64,000 nucleotides of DNA from NCBI GenBank assembly GCA_001179505.1, contig CDMY01000218.1:100985-164984 (forward strand), given 5' to 3'. The position numbers and the translations under genes are program-made. The DNA is from Vitrella brassicaformis CCMP3155. Taxonomy: Eukaryota; Protista; Chromerida. This document shows, one piece after another, positions 38,042 through 49,083 of the stretch (position 1 is the stretch's first letter; the number at the start of each line of letters is the position of its first letter). The notes under the pieces are model-generated. The model did no database searches and was not told the origin of the DNA. It saw nothing but the letters and a program-made list of their open reading frames with translations.

Positions 38042-39162
38042 GATGTGTGTATGTTGTGTCTCTCGCTGCGTGTGTGTGTGCGGCTCTTTTTTCTTGTTGC
38101 GTACAACACGCACATAGTCGTGGACGAATACAGAGATAGCGAATTGACAGAGAGGTCTGCTCACAGTAAGCGGGCCGGGCATCTGTCCACCGTCACAGCC
38201 AGGCACACTGACTACTTTCTTTTCATTGAGACACGAGGCTCCCGGCCATGGACGGCCGATTCTGATTGTGATTGCAATCTCATCGATTAGAATCCATCCA
38301 TCCATCCATCCATTGGTCAATTTAGGGGTCTCAACATTTGGAACCGTGCGAAAGATGGGGATGGGGATGGGGTGGGTGGGGGTCTCCGGCAGTTGGTTAG
38401 TGCATGAAGGACAGGCAGGTGAGAACGAAATCACGATCTGTCTTGCTTGATGAGGGGAGGGACTAGTTGCTGTTTTTGGTGGACATCTCATGCCCTCATG
38501 ATGCCTACGGGTTCGACTTCCCTTACCAACCTGTGCGCGGCCGTCGTCTGGCTGCCGCGTGCACATGTGTGGCTCTCTCTCTCTCTCTCTGTGCGTGTCT
38601 CTCTCCTTCGGTGTTTGTGTATGTATGGTGTGTGGCAGCACCATCCCTCTTTTCAACGGCTGCATGTGTGTTTTTGTTTCCTGGCCGCCTGGTGTCTGAC
38701 TGAGTGCAATGCATCGACTGACCGGACGTGTTAATGCATACATGCATTTCTGAGTGAGCATGTTCTTGTTCTGAGTCGGTAGAGGTGTCGATATGAATTG
38801 ATCTCTTACTGTACACGTAGGGCGCATGGATGGCTGGCGGTGTTGGAGACCAATGAGCGACTGGCTACTGATTTTGCTGTCTCATGGCCCGCGTGTCTCA
38901 CTGTCGCGTGCATGGCTGTTGTGTGGTGCTCGGAACAGCCGCCATGTCAGATGTGTCTATGTTGTGCCTCTTTTTCCCTGGGTGTGTATGTGTGCGGCTC
39001 TTTTCCTGTTGCATACAACACGTACATACTTGCGGACGAATACAGAGATAGCGAATTGACAGAGAGGTCTGCTCACAGTGAGCGGGCCGGGCATCTGTCC
39101 ACCGTCACAGCCAGGCACACTGACTACTTACTTTTCATTGAGACACGAGGCTCTCGGCCATG
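38042..39162. repeat. About 210-bp direct repeat pair (38042-38250 and 38950-39162)
   Basis: Near-identical core GGACGAATACAGAGATAGCGAATTGACAGAGAGGTCTGCTCACAGT.AGCGGGCCGGGCATCTGTCCACCGTCACAGCCAGGCACACTGACTAC in both copies. Confidence 0.9.
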
Positions 39163-39308
39163 AACGTATGTACACCACATGCACATACATAGTGTGCCTT
39201 GGCTTACACCGTGCCCCCACCGTGCCCCCACGAAAAAACTTTGAACGACAGCTTGCATTCTCTTGCGAAAAACGGATTGAGTGTATTAGTGTGCGCAACG
39301 GCAGTCCA

Positions 39309-41601
39309 ATGGAGGCGGTCTGTGAAGTCACCATCAGTGACGGCATCATAGTCGCAGAACACACCGCCCCGCAGGCAGATTCCCCATCGCGGGAGCATCA
39401 TGTTACGAAGCTCAGTGACGAGAGCACGGGCGCAACAGCTACTGCTGCCGTGGAGACCTGTTCAGAGAAGGGGGCCGGGGACAATGAGGCCGGAGAAGAG
39501 GGTGGACAACCATTGCGGAGGGAGGAGCGCGAGTTGGCGGCCATGGTGGCTGAGTTTCGACTCTGTGCGGGACCTGCAGTCTCCTTTCAGGAGTTTGAGA
39601 CTCACTTACGCTATGAAGGGGATGTTTTTATTGGTGCTGTATTCACCCCGGAGCCCTTTTGGAAGGCAGTGAGGCGGACGGCAAAGGTGCTCGTCTCCCA
39701 AGTGGCCGGTGCGGCAACAATCGCGTTTCTCTGGGCTCTGGTTTGGGTGGGATACTGGTGGGTCTGTGCGAGAGGACGGTGGATTGTGCTTGATGTTGCT
39801 CGCCGCATTGTCGCTGTCCTATGCTTTGTCACTATGGTGCTACTTACCGCTGAGGGTAGCCTTCGTGGGGCCCTCCATCGCTTGACAACCACGTGGCCCT
39901 TCTTTGCTCCCACCATGATCATACACGTCGGCGGTGCTGTGTTCTTCCACGTGGAGGCCTTGTGGCCTTACCGCATTATAATTGCAGGTTGTTTCTATGT
40001 GTACGTAGGGCTTGTCCAGCCAGTGATGTAAGAAAGGGAAGAAATGAAGGACACTCTTACAATGGCAGCTCACACTCCTGTGTGCTCCCTGCAGGGTCTT
40101 CCGCCAAGTGGCTCTCACTTCGAGGACGGTCGTAAGAAAACGTCTTTATGTCATGCAGATGGGGCTCGTATTTTTGCTGATAGTGACTTATGCGTCTTCA
40201 ACACGATCCTGCTTCCTACCGCTTGCCCAAGACGCGGCGAGCGGTGGCGAAAATAAAAGCATTGTCGTCATCACGTGGCTGGTCGCAATGTCGCCCCTTG
40301 TTGCACTCTGTAAGGACATCATAATGCACCATTCTCGTAGCCCTTCAATTGTCTTTCAGTGATGGCGCTAGTACGCTCATTACGCGACGGTCCCGCACTA
40401 CAAACGGGTCTAGCGATTTCTTATCCGGCGGTAGCTTTCGTTCTGTAAGATCAGACGTTCTCTATGTATTCCCTCACTGACCAATGTTTTGAATCTTCTA
40501 TTCTCAGCTACCCACGGATCGTACAAGCAGAGATGCAGCATCCGTCGTCTCAGGTCAGTTGAACTATGCTGTCTGTGCCTTGTTTAAATTCCTCTTGCTT
40601 CTCTCGTCTCTTCCCAGGTTCTGACTTCGCTTATCTTCGCGTCGTTCGACTTGTTGACCGACATGGCCATCCCATATTGTTAGTACATATATGCACACAT
40701 GAGACGTATATGCGACCATCGCGGGATTAATGCTGTCTGTCTGTATGTATGTCTGTCTCCGCATGCAGTGATGCTTGTTAGCGGTGCGGCTAAGAGAGCT
40801 TTGGTGCGGTGCCTGTCCTCATGGAAAGCACGCAGGAAAGTCCGACATCAGCATTCAAATGACACGTCCCACACCATCGCTGCCGAAGACACCGCGGAAA
40901 ACGCTGAAGAAACAATCACCGACAAGCAGCTGCCGGCCAAACTGCTCAGCCGTCTGTCCACTACGGTATTGAGCTTCTACACAGGGAGTCGCACAGGTGC
41001 CAGCGCTCTCTTCAGCCGCCAATCGCTGAGGTCCCTGAGCTCATTTCTCGATGTCCCCACACGAGTTGTCCAGTTCAAGCTTCACCCGATATTCCTCAGG
41101 AGGCTCAGCGACGTAAGGGAGGAGCATGTGAATTGTCTTTATACCTTCAAATCCCACGTCTCCCCCATGTTCTGGCTGATTTCCGTCGATGGACGATGAA
41201 TGCAGCAGATGCACGCTTACGGCTTGGCGGAACTAACGGTGCTCATTCTCACCAACGCATCTTTCATCACTCTCGACCAGGTGGTGTCTCCATCACTTCC
41301 GCAGCTGCTTGAACGAGTGGCTGGTCTGCTGATCATGGTGCTTATCGAGGTGGTCTTTGAGGGCGTACTATTCGTTTGGCTGGTCCGGTCCGCCAATTTG
41401 CCTCTCCTGAGAAGCATGGCGGAGCCTGGGTTTATGAGAATGTATGTACTCGGACTGGCGATCGGCGGCGGCATAATTGTGCTTCGTGGAGGGCCATACT
41501 TTGTCCTGTGGCACTTGAGCACTCTGGACGAGAGCAGGTATGGCCAAATGGGGACGCAGGAGTTCTGTCCGTACCACTCGACCCTGCAAGACCTGCCATA
41601 G
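39309..41601 (+). CDS. Hypothetical polytopic membrane protein
   Basis: Long first exon with acidic N-terminus then hydrophobic helices (AATIAFLWALVWVGYWW, IVAVLCFVTMVLL). Further spliced TM exons (VLTSLIFASFDLLTD, VAGLLIMVLIEVVFEGVLFVWL) end QDLP* at 41601. No family recognised; start uncertain. Confidence 0.7.
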
Positions 41602-42186
41602 GCTGCATGAGACTTGTGTATGCGGGGAAATTAGAGATGAGTGGTAAACGACTGACAGTGTCTGGTCTGCCTTGCCAACATACCAACGGTATGGCATGGC
41701 ACAGGGGCCTTTTGCTTACGTCAATGTGTCATTTGTGGCGATCAAATGTGGACGATGCTAAGACACTTCTGACGGGAGTGGCCTTGATGTCTCTGTCTTT
41801 GAAATCTGTATGCCAGGCCGTCTCGCTGATGTTAGCTGAAGAATTTCTTGATGTCTGTCGTGTCTCTCCTCATTCGCAGGGGCCGTGTCTCGTGGACAGG
41901 GGCATGCAGTGTGCGGCTGTTAAGTCACCCAGGCTCGTTTGCCAAAGCGGACCAATCAGTGTGCACGTCGTAATGGGGTGCAATGCGCTTAAATGACGTC
42001 TCACACATACAGACTTGGTGCTACACCACACACACACACACACGCGCATACACGAGGGACAGACAGGCAGACGTGATTCGGCCATCGACAGACACGGCAG
42101 AGGAGCCAGCCAGGAAGGCCGGCCAGCCCATCCTCTCAAACATGACAAACAAAACCTATCTATGCATCCACCCATCTCTGTGTGCA

Positions 42187-44363
42187 TCAGTGTGCCTCCT
42201 CCTCTCTGCTGGTTGTCGCCTCAGAGTCTCGCTGGCTCGTCGGCTGCGCGGCCATCTCGACAGCCACTCGCCCACCATTCCCGCTGCCGCTCCCATTGCC
42301 GTTGGCAGCAGTGCCACCAGGTGGCTCATCCATTTCGACCACCGGCTCGGTGGTGAGGGTGAGGCCGTTGATCTGCCCCCTGCCGACGGATGTGACGCGC
42401 TGGTGTGTGTGGCCGACGTGGATGACCTCGCCCTCTCTGGGCGGGTGGGAGAGCCGCCGGTGGGTCTTGAACTTGAACGACACGAAGCACTTGTTCACCT
42501 CCTCCAATTGGATCACCTGAATGCGGCCAGTCAGTCGTTCGAAAGGAGACACGCGGCGGTCGTCAGTTGTGTGTGGGTCCCGGCTGACTGGCAAACCTGT
42601 CCTTTGAGGTTGTCGAGCAGTCCATATGCCTCTGTGATGGTGACGTCGTTTTCCAGGATGACGTCGAGCTCAACCAAGAAGCGGGGGCCGAAGTGGTAGG
42701 CGCGAATGGCGTCCAGCTGACCCCTATTCGTCAATCAATCAACACGCCCACACACACGGGAAGAATGTCTGTCTGCGTACGGGCGCCGCGCCTGTATGTG
42801 TGAGAGCACACCACACACCCACCGGTCTGTGAGGCTGCTGTGTGCCAACGCAACGGCACGGTCGTAGAACTCCGGTTCTGCAGTGTAGCCCGACAGATAC
42901 CTGAGTGGACACACACACACATGGATGGATGGATGGAAGAAGGGACTGGACGGACAGACCTGATTTGTTCCTGCAGTGTCAGGATCCAGTTGAAGCAGAT
43001 GTAGGCGGCGATGCAGACGGCCCCGCCGTCGTCCAGCCACCACAGGCCCCACGACGACTCAGCCGCCATCACAACCACCAACGCAAACGCATTGCTGCAC
43101 ACACACACATCGCCACACAGCTGCTAATGTCCGTGCTCTGTGTGGTGAGCCCCTGATTCATTCACTGGCTGACCTGATGGCGTCGTTGCGATGGTCGTCC
43201 CTGAGTGACTTGACGGAGTCAGACTCCCTCGCGAAGACCGAACAGTAGCCATACAACACCAGCTTCAAAGCGACAGTCAGGGCCAGAATGACTCCGACGA
43301 ACCATTCGTGAGGCTCGGCGGGCTCCTTGGGAGGGCCGTTCAACAGATTCTGGATCGAAAACACTATCAGCTGCAAGCACAACACACACACACACACACA
43401 CACACAAACAGACTCATTGGCGAAATCCATCCATCTCTTGATGCGTTAGTTACTGTTTGCCGACCTGCAGTGCGGATGTGCACATGAAGGTCGCGAAGAC
43501 AACGAGGGAGATGGGCTCGAATTTGGTCTTGCCGCCGGGGAAGCTCTTTTCTGGCTGGTGCGTCACCATGCTGACACCCAATCGACTCTGTGTGTGTGCT
43601 CTCCTCCATCAGCCCTACCCCCCCTCCCACCATGAGGTGAAGAAAATGATGAACAGCGCGAGGATGTCGAGCATGCTTTCGATGCACGATGCTATCACCG
43701 TCATTGACTGATGCGATGCACCACATGACATGACACACACCACAACAGACAGACGATGGACCGACCCCTTCCTCCTTCCCGCCCTCCCATCCATCTCTCC
43801 ACCAACTCACTCACCCCGGTGGTGAGTGCTGCCGTGATTTTGACGCAGAAGAGGAAGACGTTTCCGATGAAGCTGGCCTTGATGCCGATGTCCACAAAGG
43901 TGTTGGCCTTGCCGCCCTCAACCACACCGCTCTGCACCAGATGCAGCTCGCCGTGCGGCCGCTTGAACGGGATATTGTCCTGCACACAGCACATCACATA
44001 CATACACAGACGCAGACACACACACACACACATACGGATGAGTGAGTGAATGAGCGGATGATGTGTTGTGTGGCATATCGGCGAGAGAGAGGCGACCTCC
44101 TATATTACCTCGATGTAGATCCATTCGATGGGCCCATGGTGTGAGAGTGTGGGGTGGTCCACATTGACGGTGTACACCTTGCCGCCCAGATCTATCTCGT
44201 AGTCGTGCTGCCCTTCCCTTCCAGGCGGCATGCGAGAAGAAGAAGAAGAACCACCACCAGCAACAGCAGCCGTCACCGTGGACTCCGAGCCGCTTGCGGC
44301 CTCCTGGACAGCAGAGTCGATGAGTCCACGGCGCCCTTCATCTCTCCCACTGCCGTACTGCAT
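42187..44363 (-). CDS. Cation diffusion facilitator, Mn-CDF / MTP8-11-like
   Basis: KASFIGNVFLFCVKITAA, ASCIESMLDIL, FPGGKTKFEPISLVVFATFMCTSALQ, SLRDDHRND, RAYHFGPRFLVELDVIL. Confidence 0.88.
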
Positions 44364-44544
44364 GCCGACTCTGAATGAGTGATGTGTGCGCAGAGCCGCC
44401 GCACAGATTATAGAAGTTGCCGACTCTTCAGATCTGCCCAAATGCTTCACCAAACGGGCTCTCGTCTTCCCCTTTCTCCTTCAACCCTCCGACCCTCCCC
44501 TTGCGAGCTTGGAATGCAGATCTCCGGCAGGCGCTTTCGCAACG

Positions 44545-44988
44545 ATGTCAGCCTGTGATGTGCCAGCAGAGGAGCGGCCGCAGCAGGTGCAGCAGCACGC
44601 TGCCGACAAAGATGAGCAGCGGCCTGGTTCGAACGAGGACCACCAGATGCAGACGACAAGTGAGGAGGAGGGGCACGTCAGCGAGGGCATGGAGCAGTGG
44701 TGGCGGACGGTATGTACTCATATATACGGGAAAACGGCACACATGTATGTGCGGGAGTCCAGTCATGAACGACGCTGCTGGCATCGCGCGTGTGTGTTTG
44801 CAGATGGAGGAGTTACCGATGGATTTCGACAAGTGGATGACGGCCATCAAGGCCGCTGAACAGACGGTCAGCGGCAGATAGATGTACAGACAGACAGACA
44901 TGCATGCCACGAACAGACAGAAAGGCAGTTACTGTGCGCATACTTGCATCATGTGGCCGTGCTGCATGACAGACAGACACCGCACTCA

Positions 44989-45019
<31 letters not shown>

Positions 45020-48000
45020 GTGTGTTGATGAGATCAGGAGAGGGCAGACGACGTGCGGGAAACATACAAAAGGGTACGGCGTGCCATTCCACACACGACA
45101 GACAGACAGACAGACAGAGAAGCGGCATGCGGCTTGCACGCGTTTGTTTGTTTGTTGTGTTGTGTTCATCAGTTTCTGCACGAGTTCCCCCTATGTTACG
45201 GCTACTGGAAGAGGTGGGCTGACCTCGAGGGCAATACCAACCCACAAGAGGCACTCAACGTACGCACACACACACACACACACACGACACACACGACACA
45301 CGCTGCGTTGATTGCGTGTGTGTACCTGACTAAGGTGTACGAGAGGGGTCTTGAGATGATAGGTCAGAGTGTCGATCTGTGGCTGCACTACATCACATAC
45401 GTCATGGACTTACACCAGCACACCACCACCACCACCAGTAGCACACCCGAGGCGCAGCAGCAGCAGCTACGCGACCTCTTCGAAAGGGCCGTGCGGCGGG
45501 TCAGTCAGTGAATACACACAGACAGACAGACAGACAGACAGAACAGACGGACGGTGTTTACTTGTGGCGGCTTACAAGCGTGTGTGTGTGTGTGTTGTGT
45601 GCAGGTGGGTCTTGACTGGTCGTCCAAGCCACTGTGGGACAAGTACATCCAATTCGAAACGGACAACAAACAGTGGAACAAGGTGGGTGGGTGGGTGGGC
45701 ACAGATTGCGCAAGGGTCAGTCAGTCATCACAGGTGTGGTGTGTGTGCATCAATCTCTCTCCTCCAGGTCAGCGGCATCTTCCGTCGCATCTTCCAGTCG
45801 CCTATAAACGAGCTGGACAAATATAGGCACGCACCCTGACCTGACACACACACTCGTGTGTGTATCTGCGCGCGTGTGTCTGTCTGTCTGTGTGTCTGTC
45901 TGTCTGTCTGTCTGTGTGTCTGTGTGTCAGGGAGCGCTTCCACGAGTGGGCGACTGGCCGTTCCGTGGAGGCCTTGGTGGCGGAGAGTGAGCAGCCGATG
46001 CTCAAGGAACTCAGACACAGGAGACAACGAGAGGTACGCCACGCCAGTCAGTGACAGTGACACACAGAGAGACCCCTCTATGTCTGTCTGTCTGTCTGTG
46101 TATCTGTGGTTGGTAGGAGGCCAACAAGGAGCGCAAGGCAGCCGAGAAGCTGCAGAGAGAGGAGGGCGAGCGCATGAAGAGGGAGGACGAAGCCTCCACC
46201 AAGTGGGAAATGGACCTGCGGAGGAAACAAGAGGCCGGTACGCCGTCCGTCCCCACACACCTGCTGGACCCCACCACACATGGAAGGGTGCATGGATGGA
46301 TGGATGGATGGATCAGATCGGCGTGAAGCAGAGGCCGCCCGTGCGCAGGCGGCTCTGTACGCAGAGGAAGAGGAGGGCCAGCTCGACGAGGAAGACGACA
46401 AACCTGCTTCCACTGCAGCACAGCCACACACGAAACCGGCTGAGGGCCACACCGCCGCATCCCAGACAAGCCAGGACGACCCACGGAGCAGGCAACGGAG
46501 AGAGGAAATGGTACGCACACCCACGTAGAGCCCTTCCCCTGTGTGTGTGGGTCCATCCATCCATCCGTCCATTCCGTGACTGTGTGTGTCAGGACCGTTG
46601 GTGTGCAGAAGTGGCTGAGAGTCAGGTCCGTCGGCTCGCCGAGGAGCGCCAGGCGAAAGAAGAGGCCGCGCGCAGGGCCGAGGTCGAGTGGCTGATGCAG
46701 CTACGGTACGGACGGCAGCACCAAGCCATCCATCGCACCCACTCGGCACCGATCGACTCATCAATGACACGTGTGTGTTTGTGTTTGTGTGGGTCAGTGA
46801 GGACCTGTACCAGGCGACGCTCAAGCACGCCGAAGCGATATGGCCGTTCGAAAGACAGGTACCTAGCTCACGGGCGTGGTCCTGCACTCACGCCGTGTGT
46901 GTGGTCATGATCACATGTATCAGATTCGGCGCACCTACTTCCACCCTAAGCCGCTCGAGTCGGCCCAGCTGCAGATATGGCGCGACTACCTGGACTTCGA
47001 AATCAACAAAGTGAGAGAGGCCGGGAGGAATATATATAGGGAAGGGATCGTTCCTCTGTCTCATCTGTGTGTGTGTGTGTGTGTGTGTGAATCAATGGTC
47101 TGTCAGGGTGACGCCAACCGCATCACAGCCTTGTTCGAGCGCTGCCTGGTCGCCGCAAACAATTACGTCGAGTTCTGGGTCAAGTGAGCCGATACAGACA
47201 GACAGACAGACGTGCCTGCCCACAGCGGCACATTGATGGCTGGATGACTGACTGGATGGATGGATGGATGGACGCGTGTCCTGTCGTGTCGTCTGAGTGC
47301 CTGCAGGTATGCCAATTGGTGCGAGAGCACTGGTGACATCGGCGGGGCGCGCCGCGTCTACCTCAGAGGCACGCAGACACACGTCAGAAGACGGTCAGCC
47401 ACCCACACTCCCACACACATACACACGGCATCTCTGTCGTGTGCTGTCTTCGTTTGTTTGTATGGGTGTGATTGCTTCAGCCCGGAGCTGCATCTGTTGT
47501 ATGCCGATTTCGAGGAGAGCCACGGCAATCCAGAGGCGGCCAGGCGGACACTCAGCAGCGTGCTCGAGTGAGCTGAGCTGCCAATGTCACATAGGTGCAT
47601 CCGACAGAGAGAGAGCGTGTGTGTGTCCGTGCCGTGCAGCCCAGTGCCATTGGTTGAGGGCTACTTGCGGCTGATCCAGCTCGAGAGGCGCCAGCGGAAC
47701 ATAGCCCAGTGCGTCAAGCTGTACGAAACGGCGCTCGCCGTATACGTAAGTAGGCGGTGGCCACACACCCACACGCACATGACATGCATGGGTGGGATGT
47801 GCTGTGCTGTGCTTCCAATACATACGTCTTTCATGTGTGTGTGTGTGTGTGTGTGTGGCCAGAGCAAGTCCTCGATGGGCGAGCTGACGACCTTCCTGAC
47901 CATCTCATTCGCGCGGTTCCTGGCTGACTGGGCGGCAAGTTGGCCGCGGGGTCGCCAGCTGCTCGAGGAGAGATGGCGGCAGCAGCCGGGCAAGCTCGAG

Positions 48001-49083
48001 GTGCCCCTGACGCTCATACAACTGGAGATGATGCACGCCAGTAGGCGCACACACACACACAGGATGATGCAATCCCTTTGGATGGATGGACGATACACGT
48101 GTGTGTGTGTGTGTGTGTGTGTTCAGGGGATGATGCCGCCAGTGAGGACCGCATCTGCCGGTGGTTCGAGGCGCTCGTCGGCCCACAGCCTGGAAGCAAC
48201 CAATCGGTGGGTTGGTGAAGTCACGCGATTGTTTGCTTCATTGATCCCTTCCTTGGTTTCTGTCGTCCGTCATCCATCCATCCAGCTGACTGTGGTTGAG
48301 CAGTCTGACATGTGGACACGCTACGTGGACTATCTCAGCGGCTACGGATCGTCGATGCTCAAACTCAGACGCGTCAAAGTAAGCAAATGGTCGACAGACA
48401 CACTCACTGTGCTGCTGCGGCTCCCATTCTACTCTACCTACATCTCTCTCGCTGCTGTCTGTCTGCCTCCGTGACGTCATGCCATGCAGGACCGTGCGCG
48501 CGCCTTCCTGACCACACACCATCGTGAGCTGCAGATGGAGTTGGGCGGCCCCGCGGCAGCCAAGGCGGCCAAGGGCGCACGTGCAGGCAACGTCAACCTG
48601 TCTCTGCTGCTCAATGACGGCCGCAAGCGCGCCAAGCGCCATGACGCCGACCATTCCCCGCTGGATGCGGCGCCGCCCAACAAGCGGGCCAAGACAGCCA
48701 TGGTGGAGGACCAACATGGTGGCCATACCACCACCACCAGCACAGATGATGCCGACGCAGCAGCGTGGAGCGACTACCAGAAACAGCTGGCGTCCTACCT
48801 GCAGCAGCAGCTGCAGCAACAGGGGAGCCAGCAGAGCACCAATGGCGTGACTGGCGATCCCGACGAGGAGACCATGAAGGATGAGGACGGGGAGGGAGAG
48901 GGCGAGGGGGGGATGAGTGCCGAGGCGCAGGCCGCTCTGGCCGCCATAGCGTGCATGCCGCAGCTGCAGCAGCACCTCCAGCTGCTCCAACAACTGCAGC
49001 AAGGCGGCCATCTGGAGGAGGGAGGGGAGCAGCCACACGACAGTAGCGGACAGATGGACGAAGGGATGGAAACACATTCATGA
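44545..49083 (+). CDS. PRP39: Pre-mRNA processing factor 39 (HAT repeats, U1 snRNP)
   Basis: [107 protein letters not shown]. Gln/acidic tail ends at 49083. Confidence 0.93.
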
